The notes beneath the pieces are model-generated. The model was not told the DNA's origin. It was given only the letters and a program-made list of their open reading frames with translations, and ran no database searches. Shown here in pieces: positions 51,201-61,693 of a DNA stretch of 64,000 bases. How positions within the stretch are numbered: the first letter of the stretch is position 1; each line of letters begins with the position of its first letter. The position numbers and the translations under genes were made by a program. Origin of the DNA: an uncultured Bacteroidales bacterium (GTDB lineage Bacteria > Bacteroidota > Bacteroidia > Bacteroidales > DASQZP01). The stretch lies in NCBI GenBank assembly GCA_963783315.1, contig CAWAMZ010000017.1:23725-87724 (forward strand). The letters are read 5' to 3'.

Positions 51201-54200
51201 TTGAACACCCATTCTCATCCATCACTGTCAGCACATAATTATCAGCACCTAATCCGGTGAATGCTGTATCAGACTGCAAAGTCAATCCTCCGTCGAGACT
51301 GTATTGTAAAATTCCCGTTCCTCCGGAAGCGCTTACACCGATTACCCCAGTGCTGTCAGCAGCACAAAGCATGTTGGTAATCTTCAGCGCATCAATTGTT
51401 ATTTGCTGTGGTTCAACTATTTTCAATGTATCACCATAGGTCGTACATCCTCTGATATCCCTGACAACCACGTAATAAGTACCCGGTAGCTGTGCCGGGA
51501 ATATCGAATCGGGGCCGAAAGTATTTCCATCATCAATAGAATAGAATAACATGCCCGTACCGCCTGTAGCATGAATCGTTATATCAGTGGTTTCTCCGTT
51601 ACAATTCAGACTGTCAGTATAATCAACTGATGTAATAAGCAGCTGTGGCGGATTAGCCATTTTGATGGAATCCACTGCCGCAATACATCCGTTTACATCT
51701 CTTACCAATGGATAATAAATTGCCGGTAATAACTGTGTCGTATCACTGTTACTGAAGAAGGTCAGACCACCGTCCAGAGAAAATTCATAAGGTTGGGTTC
51801 CACCGGTTGCAGAAAAATGAATCGCTCCGTTTTGTGCATCAAAACAGGTAATCGAATCAGCCGTTGCAGTCAAGAGTAATTCATCTGGTTCATTAACCGT
51901 AACATTCAGGAACGTTTCACAGCCATTGTCATCCACAATTCCTATGTTATGGCTGCCTCCGCTGATAAAGGAGAATGTGTTTGAAATCTGATAAGGACCA
52001 CCATCCAGACTGAACTGGATCATGCCTGTACCTCCTGATGCAAAAATTGTAATGGTTGCGTCATCCGCTCCATGGCAGGTTACTGGATGTGATATTAACA
52101 GAATCGAATACCAGCTCATCCGGTTCATCAATCAGAATATAAGGTACCAGATCAATACAACCGTTAGCATCCATTACAGCAGTATGATACCAACCGGCAG
52201 ACAGATTTGAAAAATAACCCCCGTTATCCACAAATGTAGCAGTACTGTCGATAGAGTAAACATAGGGTTTAGTTCCTCCGTTTGCCAGTATCCTGATGTC
52301 TCCGTTTCCGGCACCAAAACAGGTAAGGTCATTTGAAATGACGTTATTTATTACAAGTGCAGCAGGTTGTGTCAGTGTTACTGTATCGACAGAAACACAT
52401 CCAAGAACATCTTTTACAGCAAGGTCATAAAATCCGGCAGGGAGGTTGACAAAGCTACCGTTTGTCTCCCAGTTAGCACCACCATCAATGGAATATTCGT
52501 AGGTTCCGTTTCCGCCAGTCCCACTAAGTTCTATAGTACCGTCTGAGGTTCCGTTACAGGAAATATTTGTGGTTGTAACAGTAAAGGTAAGTGTATCGGG
52601 TTGATTAATTACAAAGGCCGAATCAACAGTACGTTCACACCAGGTAAAGTTAGCATCCCGGATCCTTACATCATAACTTCCTGCAATATGGTTGCTGAAT
52701 ATTGCTGATGACTGCCAGTTGGTTTCTCCGTCAATTGTATATTCATAATTTCCGGAGCCGCCAGCAGCATTGGAAAGAGTAATAGTACCATCATTCCCGT
52801 TATAACAGCTGACATCAGTTCCTGCTACATCTGCTGTCAACTCTATGGGTTCATTCAGCACGAGTGAAGAATTAAGCACGATGAAACAGCCATTTGCATT
52901 GGCATCTCTGATCTCAACATCATAAGTATCGGCTATCTGACCGGTAAAATTACCATTACCTGACCAGTTCTTACCACCATCTATTGTATATTCATAAGCA
53001 CCGGAGCCACCTGCCGGAGAAGCAATAGTAATGGTACCGTTGTTGTTTCCGTTGCATTCTGTTACATCTGTTGAAGTAACCGTAGCAGAAAGCACTGCTG
53101 GTTCATCTACTAAATATGAATTGTCAAGCACAATGAAACAACCTGTTGCATTGGCATCCTTGATCTGAATACTATAATTATCGGCAGGCAAACCAGTGTA
53201 ACTTGTGGCAGGATCCCATTTGGTACCCCCGTCAATTGAAAACTCGTAACTACCTGAACCTCCGGTTGCTCCTGTAATATTTATTGTACCGTCACTGCCT
53301 CCATTACAGGTAACATCAGTAGACGAAATTACGGCATTTAACACATCCGGTTCGGTAATTTTTAATGAGCCATTTAAAGTAACAATACATGTTGGTGTAG
53401 CAGCATCACGCATCATCACATTATAGGTAGCAGGTAACAATCCTGTATAAGCTGTTATTGTATCCCAGCTTGGACCTCCGTCAATTGAGAATTCCCATGA
53501 GCCTGTTCCTCCCTGAGGATTTGTAATGGTAATACTGCCATCACTGCCCCCGTTACAGGTTACATCAGTCTTATCAACTGTAGCAGTAAGGGCATCAGGT
53601 TCAGTAATCTCAAGATTCCCATTCAAAATTACCACACATGGAGAAAGGGCCGAAGGATCTTTGATCTGTACATTATAAAAACCGGCTGTTAAGATTATTA
53701 AATGTTCCTGATGGTTTCCAACTTGAGCCTCCGTCAATACTATAAGCATAAGTGCCGCTGCCTCCAAATGGATTGGTAATCGTAATACTACCATCATTAC
53801 CGCTGTTACAGGTGACATTGGTGGATGTCACATCAGCGGTGAGTTTGTCGGGTTGATTAAGGACCAATGCAGGATCAATCGTAGTTGGACAAAAGGGAAC
53901 CAATCTGTTGCGGATCATTACAATATAGGTAGTGTCTGCAGATAAGCCTGTAAAATCAGGTGAAGTTTGTCCATTGGTTGCAAACCCGTGTATTGAATAC
54001 TGGTAAAGCCCGGAACCACCCTGAGGATTAAGGAACTTGATGTATCCATCATTACCGCCATTACAGGAAATATTTCTGGTATCAAGTGTTGCTGTAATAG
54101 GATCGGGTTGTGTAATAACCAGTGATGAATTTAGAACTAATTCACAACCCGTATGGTTAGCATCACGCAAGCGAACATCATAAGTGCCTGCTCCAACTGT

Positions 54201-57200
54201 AAAAGAGCTTGTTGATTCCCATGTTGTGCCCCCGTTTGTAGTATACTCATAAGCACCGGAACCACCGGCGGCATTGGTAATGATTATTGAACCATTCACA
54301 TCACCATAACATCCGGTGACATTCGAAGAATTAAGGGTAGCACTCAACTGTGGCAGCTCTGAAACTTCAAAATTGCCGTTAAGTGTAACTTCACAGGTAG
54401 GTACAACTGCATCATGAATTCTTACATCTTTAAATCCTGCAGAAAGACCTGTAAATGAACCGGATCCCTGCCAGTTGCCTCCTCCATCAATAGTAAACTC
54501 ATAAGCTCCTGATCCTCCCTGAGGATTAGTAAGGGTAATAGTTCCGTCACTGCCACCATAGCAAGTAACATCAGTAACATTTATTGTTGCAAATAACACA
54601 TCGGGTTCTGCTATCGTCACGCCACTTACAGACTGTATACAATTATTGTCATCTACTACTACAATCTGGTTGTAGTCACCGCCAACAAGACCAGAAAATA
54701 CATTATTCACCTGAAGCGTGCTACCTCCATCAATACTGTATTGTAATGTACCTGTACCCCCTGATGCTGTAATGGTAATCTCTCCATTATTACCACCGTT
54801 ACAGGTTACATCCTGGGTAACTGCAGCCGTGGCTGTTATGGCAGGGGGCTCTGCGATGGTTACTGAATTTGTTCCCTGTGTACAGCCGTTTGCGTCTTTT
54901 ACTACGATAGCATTGTAAGTTCCTGCATTTAAGTCAGTGAATACATTGCCCGGCTGGTAGGTTGTACCCCCATCCCTGCTGTATTGTAACGATCCTGTGC
55001 CGCCTGAGGCAGTTACCGTGATCTTGCCGTCACTGCCGCCGTTACAGCTTACCTGCTGTGTTACTGCGGAGGTCGCTGTTATAGCTGTCGGCTGGGTGAT
55101 GGTTACTGAATTTGTTCCTTGTGTACAGCCGTTTTCGTCTTTTACTACAATTCCATTGTAAGGTCCTGCACTTAAGCCACTGAATACATTGCTGACCTGG
55201 TAGGTTGTGCCTCCATCCCTGCTGTATTGTAACGATCCTGTGCCGCCTGAGGCAGTTACCGTGATCTTGCCGTCACTGCCGCCATTACAGCTTACCTGCT
55301 GTGTTACTGCGGAGGTTGCTGTTATAGCTGTCGGCTGGGTGATGGTTACTGAATTTGTTCCCTGTGTACAGCCGTTTGCATCTTTTACTACAATTCCATT
55401 GTAAGGTCCTGCACTTAAGCCTGTGAATACATTGCCGGCCTGATAGGTTGAGCCTCCATCCCTGCTGTACTGTAACAATCCTGTGCCGCCTGATGCGGTT
55501 ACGGTAATCTCTCCGTCACTGCCGCCGTTACAGCTTACCTGCTGTGTTACTGCGGAGGTAGCTGTTATGGCTGTCGGCTGGGTGATGGTTACTGAATTTG
55601 TTCCCTCGGTACAGCCGTTTGCGTCTTTTACTACGATGGCATTGTACGTTCCTGCACTTAAGCCACTGAATACATTGCTGACCTGGTAGATTGTACCTCC
55701 ATCACGGCTGTACTGTAACAATCCTGTGCCGCCTGAGGCGGTTACCGTGATCTTACCGTCACTTCCACCGTTACAGCTTACCTGCTGTGTTACTGCGGCT
55801 GTGGCTGTTATGGCTGTCGGCTGCGTGATGGTTACTGAATTTGTTCCCTGTGTACAGCCGTTTGCGTCTTTTACTACTATGGTATTGTAAGTACCTGCAC
55901 TTAAGCCTGTGAATACATTGCCGGCCTGATAGGTTGAGCCTCCATCCCGGCTGTACTGTAACAATCCTGTGCCGCCTGATGCGGTTACGGTAATCTCTCC
56001 GTCACTGCCACCATTACAACTTACCTGCTGTGTTACTGCGGAGGTCGCTGTTATAGCTGTCGGCTGGGTGATGGTTACTGGATTTGTTCCCAGGGTACAG
56101 CCGTTTGCGTCTTTTACTACAATTCCATTGTAAGGTCCAGCACTTAAGCCACTGAATACATTGCTGACCTGGTAGGTTGTGCCTCCATCACGGCTGTATT
56201 GTAACAATCCTGTACCGCCTGAGGCCGTTACCGTGATCTTACCGTCACTGCCACCGTTACAGCTTACCTGCTGTGTTACTGCGGCTGTGGCTGTTATTGC
56301 TGTCGGCTGGGTGATGGTTACTGAATTTGCTCCCTTTGTACAGCCGTTTGCGTCTTTTACTACGATGGCATTGTACGTTCCTGCACTTAAGCCACTGAAT
56401 ACATTGCTGACCTGGTAGGTTGTACCTCCATCACGGCTGTACTGTAACAATCCTGTGCCGCCTGAGGCCGTTACCGTGATCTTACCGTCACTTCCACCGT
56501 TACAGCTTACCTGCTGTGTTACTGCGGCACTAGCAGCAATAGCAGGGGGCTGATTAATGGTTACCGGATTGGCTGGCATTGTACATCCATTGGCGTCTCT
56601 TACTACCAGCTGGTTGTAGGTTCCGGCGGTTAATCCCGTAAATATATTGCTACCCTGGTAAGTTGATCCGCCATCACTGCTATATTCCAACACGCCAGCA
56701 CCTCCGGAAGCGGTTACGGTGATCTCTCCGTCACTGCCGCCGTTACAGCTGACATTTTTTGTTACAGCAGCGCTGACAGATATAGCAGATGGCTCTGTAA
56801 TCGAAATTGGAGCAGTATTTGCAGCAGAACAATTTTTTGTATCTGTTACAGACACAAAATAATTTCCCGGAGTTAAGGATGAAAACGAGCCAGTAGTATT
56901 TTGAATACTGCCAGGATTTAAGGTATATACATAGGAAGAATTACCTCCTGCTGCAGAAACTGATATACTGCCGTTCCCGTCACCATTGCAGGAAACATTG
57001 GTTGAATTTACCGAAGAAATTGTAATTGCATCAGGCTCATTAACAGTATAAAAAGGAGTAGTTGTAGTTCCCGGACAGGTTGCATCAGAAATTTCAACAT
57101 AGTAATCATCCGGAGCAAGTCCGGTAAATGAACCTGTATTGTTGGTTGCAACACTCGCTCCCAACGATGTATATAATGTATAATCATAACTTCCTGTTTC

Positions 57201-57650
57201 ACCTGAGGCAGAAACAAGAATTTCTCCATCATTTGACCCATTGCAGGAGGCGTCGGTTATTATTGAAGAGGTGATCGAAACCGGATCAGGACCAGAAATT
57301 GTAAATAATGCTGCTGGTGATACTGAATTAAGTGTTGGAGAAGTCCATGAAAGACGCAGAAAATAATCATCTGCGGGTAATGAGGAAAAAGTAACTGTTG
57401 TGCTTGAGGTAGGGCCCTGTATCAAAAATGTATTTGGGAACTGACTTGTTCGTCCAATTTCATAGGTAAAGTTATTGGTTCCGTTTGCTGTTAATGTAAT
57501 TTCTACTGAACCGTTTGTTGACCCGCTACAAGGCGAAACATCCGTAACAACAACAGAAGATACAGATGGCGACTGCGCAAGACTTTTGGGTGAAATTATA
57601 AATAGCAAAAGGAACAGCAATGTTCCGGCAAAAGAATATAATTTACTCAT
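48217..57650 (-). CDS. sprB: Giant SprB-like T9SS adhesin (~3143 aa if two +1 frameshifts at ~53690 and ~52087 are corrected)
   Basis: Signal peptide ending SLA|Q, dozens of SprB repeats (V.C.G..DG.I..TA.GG.G..YS.DGG..Q....F.GL.AG.Y...V.DANGC), C-terminal type-B CTD (FTPNGDGINDTW..IFNRWG..GTYYYVI). The three ORFs join seamlessly at repeat level. Confidence 0.85.
54816..56516 (-). repeat. Seven near-identical 243-bp (81-aa) tandem coding repeats
   Basis: acctgctgtgttactgcg occurs at 55051, 55294, 55537, 55780, 56023, 56266 and 56509 (exact 243-bp period). One more diverged unit flanks each side. Confidence 0.95.
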
Positions 57651-57957
57651 TTTATGACGTTTAGGCCTGTGTTAGTATTGATGGATTCGAATCAAATATT
57701 TTTTATGTTAATAACTTCTACGCATTGTTAATAAATAGGTTTCAGCTTGTTTACGGCATTTCAGCAAATTAATCAGATTTAAATCTGTTGATTTTGACCA
57801 AAATACATATATGGAAGTCTGAATACACCGAAATGTTCCATGAATATATTTCTAATATGTATATATTTTTAAAAATTCAGCTTACTGTCCCAATATGCTA
57901 AATCCCCTTCACCTGAATAAAGCAGAGAAAATTAGTACTTACCTGTAACAGATATTT

Positions 57958-59199
57958 TCACTGTAATGACAATTTTTCCGACCGGTTAATGAAACGTCGG
58001 GTTATGAACCTTACCGGGTACCAGGCAGCAACAAATCCTATTGCAAACACCGTAAAAAATATCATAATAAAATCTGAAATTTTCATAGCCACCGGGTAGG
58101 CATCAATAACAAAGGAACCACTTCCCTGTAGCTGAATAATCTGAAACCTAAGCTGTATCCAGCAAACCAGTCCCCCGAGAGCCAATCCGATTATCGCGCC
58201 AAACAGAGAAATCATCCAACCTTCAAGCAGAAAAATCTTCCTGAGTGAAGGAATATTAATACCAAGACTCCTAAGGGTGGCAATATCATCTTTTTTATCC
58301 AGGATAAGCATGGTAAGCGACCCGATTACATTAAATGAAGCAACTATCAGGATAAAACTCAAAATGAAAAATATCGCCCACTTTTCTGATTTCATGATTT
58401 TATAGAAGAATTCCTTCTGCTGGTAGCGATCCTGCACCCTGAAAGCTGAACCCACAATATTTTGAACCTGCTGTTCAATTTCACTGACATCACTTCCCGG
58501 AGAAAGTCCAATTTCAAGGGCAGAAACCTGGTCATTATGATATTCAAGTAATTTCTGCACGAAACTGAGCGGTAGTAATACGTATTTGGAATCAATTTCC
58601 TGCTCTATCGCAAAAAAAGCTGAAGGAAAAGCGTAATTTCGATTGAAGGCTCTTTCGGGATTCAGACTGATTTGTCCGGTTCGTTTCGGAACATAGATCT
58701 GAAGCGGAGTCACAAAATGAATTCCTGCTGCAAGGTAATAGGCCACTCCCTGCCCCATTACAGCATAGGTATTAATCCCTTTTTTAAGACGGTATTCTCC
58801 TTCAATGATCATACTGTCAATCCCTGTTACAGCTATATAATTACTATCAACCCCCTTTATAACAGAGATGTGTTGCCGGTCGTCATAACGGAGCAGTGCA
58901 TTTTCCTCCAGTACGAGCGAAACGGCTTTAATTCCTTTTATCTCTTTTATCTGTTCAAGATGCACACTGTCAGGACTGAAAACCTTTCCTTCATTCAGAC
59001 TGACTTTCAGGTCGGGGTCAAATGAATTATACAATGAATGCACCAAATTGTCGAACCCGTTAAAAACCGAAAGGATGACGATAAGAGCCATTGTACCAAC
59101 AGCTACCCCAACTACAGATATAATTGAAATGATATTGATGGCATTGCGTGATTTTTTCGCAAACAAATACCTTCTGGCTATATAAAAAGGGAAATTCAA
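57958..59199 (-). CDS. LolC/LolE-family lipoprotein-release ABC permease
   Basis: IARRYLF.KK..AINIIS, LSVFNGF, IVASFNVIGSLTMLILDKK.DIA.LRS.G, AAWYP. Confidence 0.85.
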   Translation of the reverse strand: MNFPFYIARRYLFAKKSRNAINIISIISVVGVAVGTMALIVILSVFNGFDNLVHSLYNSFDPDLKVSLNEGKVFSPDSVHLEQIKEIKGIKAVSLVLEENALLRYDDRQHISVIKGVDSNYIAVTGIDSMIIEGEYRLKKGINTYAVMGQGVAYYLAAGIHFVTPLQIYVPKRTGQISLNPERAFNRNYAFPSAFFAIEQEIDSKYVLLPLSFVQKLLEYHNDQVSALEIGLSPGSDVSEIEQQVQNIVGSAFRVQDRYQQKEFFYKIMKSEKWAIFFILSFILIVASFNVIGSLTMLILDKKDDIATLRSLGINIPSLRKIFLLEGWMISLFGAIIGLALGGLVCWIQLRFQIIQLQGSGSFVIDAYPVAMKISDFIMIFFTVFAIGFVAAWYPVRFITRRFINRSEKLSLQ

Positions 59200-59429
59200 C
59201 TACTTAAACAGCTTTAATTAATTTACCTTTCACAAAATAAGCCAAAAAATTCGTAATGTTCTACTTGTATTCCAATAAATATAATGAAAGAAGTTTCATC
59301 GTCAAATTATCCCTCTAAGTAGAAATGAGATTATTACCGTTTAAAGTTTTTTGACAGAAAAAAAACTATAGTTGTCAATCTGTTAACCTGGAATTTTTAA
59401 TTACAGATATTTTATTACGTAAAAAAGAC

Positions 59430-59465
59430 AAAAAATAAAGGCTGCCAGAAACTGACAGCCTTTTA
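59430..59465 (-). terminator. Intrinsic terminator after the TPR gene
   Basis: AAAAAATAAAGGCTG-ccagaaactga-CAGCCTTTTA. Confidence 0.7.
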
Positions 59466-59501
59466 TACAAATACTTTAACTGTTTAACTAAACAACAGTA
59501 A

Positions 59502-60458
59502 TTATTGACATTTTAATACATTTTTAATCTGATAATCTGCTGCCTGAGCATAATTACCCACATTGGCTTTCTTAAAGGCATCACAAGCTTCAGAATTTTC
59601 ACCTTTGCCGGCATAAGCTGTTCCCAGTTCATAATAGATTCTGGCTTTGGCTTCGGCATCACCTTTTTCATATTTCAGGGCTTCATTTGCAGCTGCAATG
59701 GCATCATCCCATTTTGATTGTTTGTTATAAATGGTAGACATCAGATAATGTGCTTCTTTATACTCAGGATCGTATTCCAGCGCCTTGTTGCAAAGGTCAA
59801 GCGCTTTATCCAGCTCATTTTTATCCTTCAGCCCTGCGGCAGCAACTACCAGGTAATCCCTCGCGGTGCTTTTTACCTTATTTAAAATAGCATTATCATT
59901 ATTAGCCATACTTGTTTCTACTGTTTTATCAGCAGCTTCAATCAATTTGTCGGTGTTTTCCTGTGCCCGGTATACAAGAAACTTACCAAAATAAGCTTTA
60001 TCATAATTAGGATCAACTGCAATGGCTTTGTCAAAGTTTTCCAAAGCTGCATCATAGTTTTTATTTTTATATTCATCGTTACCAATAGCAAAATACAATT
60101 GAGGAATAATTTTTTCTGCCTTTGAAGTAACATCTGAATCGTTGTATTTTTTACCAGCATCAGCAGCTTTTGTAAACGCTTCAGCGGCGCCGGCCAGATC
60201 CTTGGATTTATATTTATTAATTCCCAACTGATAGTAACTACCGGGTAGCAAGCCTTCTGCCATCTGCTTATACTCATCAGCTTCAGAGCCTACCTGGTTG
60301 GCAATGTCAATACCTTTTTTCAATGAATCAATTGCAGCCTGAGGATTGGTTTTCATTAAACCGGCACCTGCATTATAGGCTTTTGCAACATCCTGCTTTG
60401 TTTGTGAAAAAGCTACAACCGAAAGCAAGCTAAACAATACAGCAAAAAGTGTTTTCAT
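59502..60458 (-). CDS. Secreted tetratricopeptide-repeat protein
   Basis: Signal peptide MKTLF..AFS|Q and several TPRs (YFAIG..Y..A...FDKAIAVDPNYDKAY). Start 60458. Confidence 0.85.
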   Translation of the reverse strand: MKTLFAVLFSLLSVVAFSQTKQDVAKAYNAGAGLMKTNPQAAIDSLKKGIDIANQVGSEADEYKQMAEGLLPGSYYQLGINKYKSKDLAGAAEAFTKAADAGKKYNDSDVTSKAEKIIPQLYFAIGNDEYKNKNYDAALENFDKAIAVDPNYDKAYFGKFLVYRAQENTDKLIEAADKTVETSMANNDNAILNKVKSTARDYLVVAAAGLKDKNELDKALDLCNKALEYDPEYKEAHYLMSTIYNKQSKWDDAIAAANEALKYEKGDAEAKARIYYELGTAYAGKGENSEACDAFKKANVGNYAQAADYQIKNVLKCQ

Positions 60459-60917
60459 TTTTCTTCTTTTTTGGACCATCTTCTTTTTGTTTTAATTATC
60501 CTGAATATTGATTATTTTATTTTTTCTCTCAATTTGACAAATATAAACATATCAATTTATTAATGAAATTTTTTTTAATTCTCGTCTGAATCTTTCAATT
60601 TATTAAAACCTGAAAATAAACAGTATTCCTGATCTTTTTATAATGTTACAGAAATGCAAGAACTTACATAAATCGATAAATGCACATGCTAAAATTAAAC
60701 AAATACCGTGCAAAAGTGTTCGACATCAACAAATAAGTTATCAATTTGCGATTATCTGTTTGTTTATGTATACTTTACAAACATTGAAAAATCGCAATAA
60801 AAATTCAAAAAACAAAAAGAACTGATTCAGTTAAAAATTGTTAATCTCATCCTGTACAACTAAAACAAGTATCTGTTTTAAGCTGGCCCGGCGAGGTTTT
60901 GTCTGGTATCACAGCAC

Positions 60918-60949
60918 AAAAAAACCGCCGGAACCAATACGCCGGCGGT
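60918..60949 (-). terminator. Intrinsic terminator after the WM-repeat gene
   Basis: Stem ACCGCCGG/CCGGCGGT followed on the minus strand by a U7 tract. Confidence 0.8.
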
Positions 60950-60986
60950 GCAATTTATGGAAACAGGAAGATTTTAATTAAATGAA

Positions 60987-61373
60987 CTACCAGTTAACAC
61001 TCTTAACCATCCAGTCTTCAATTTTAAGAGCCGTTTCAGTGCTGAAAGTAGTCCCGAAAAGAACAGTTGAGCGCATCCAGTCTTCAATGATTATTACTTT
61101 TTCTGAAATATCAGCTGCTGGTTTGAAAGATACAGGGTTACCCCAGCTTTCTGTATCTTGCATCCAGTTTTCTGTCTCAATCCGTTCTTCCTGAACAGCC
61201 TCTGTTACTGCCCGCCTTGAATTTGCACTATAGACCGCCACTGCATCTAAAGGAACTAAAACAGCGAGTTCCTGATTCTGAGCCATCAGTCCGGGTAGCA
61301 TAAACATACTAATTAATATTACGGCAATCATTCTGCTCATTAAGTTCTGGTAGTTGGTAACTTGTGATCTCAT
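60987..61373 (-). CDS. Small secreted hypothetical protein with three E-[ND]-W-M repeats
   Basis: AGGAGG 7 nt before ATG 61373, signal peptide ending LMA|Q, repeats IETENWM / IIIEDWM / LKIEDWM, own terminator. Confidence 0.7.
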   Translation of the reverse strand: MRSQVTNYQNLMSRMIAVILISMFMLPGLMAQNQELAVLVPLDAVAVYSANSRRAVTEAVQEERIETENWMQDTESWGNPVSFKPAADISEKVIIIEDWMRSTVLFGTTFSTETALKIEDWMVKSVNW

Positions 61374-61425
61374 TTTGAATCCTCCTGGTATTTTTATAAT
61401 TAATTGTGTGTTTGACTCAAAATAA

Positions 61426-61543
61426 ACATCTTTTGTGCCAAACTTCATATGTTTTTGATAATCTATTTTTTACAAAATTTTCCTGCTTTTACTGAGCATC
61501 TGTTTTCGTACGTTGCAGAACACAGACTGTTCGTTATCGTACA
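61426..61543 (-). promoter_or_regulatory. Candidate sigma-54 -24/-12 promoter with upstream enhancer-like palindrome
   Basis: Minus strand TTTGGCACAAAAGATGT (61442-61426). Palindrome TGTTCG-TTAT-CGTACA at 61528-61543. Confidence 0.5.
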
Positions 61544-61693
61544 GTTCAGTACAGAAATTAATTCTACTTTTAAAACTTTGTATAAAAGAGATAACATAGC
61601 ATTTAACATTATTTAAGAAAAAGACAAGCTGTTCAGTTGCTTTTATTTGGCTGTTTCGTAGCTAAAATGATTACTTTTGTTAAAAAAGCATCT

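Noticed and set aside
52061-53675. Stop-codon readthrough, selenocysteine or an alternative genetic code joining the SprB ORFs
   Set aside because: The downstream ORFs are in different frames, so readthrough cannot join them. TAA, TAG and TGA all act as normal stops elsewhere in the window.
54816-56516. Diversity-generating retroelement TR/VR pair
   Set aside because: No reverse transcriptase is present, the repeats are in-frame tandem coding units, and the differences do not appear adenine-specific.
60643-60825. 60-aa ORF in the intergenic region
   Set aside because: Low-complexity AT-rich translation with no recognisable features.
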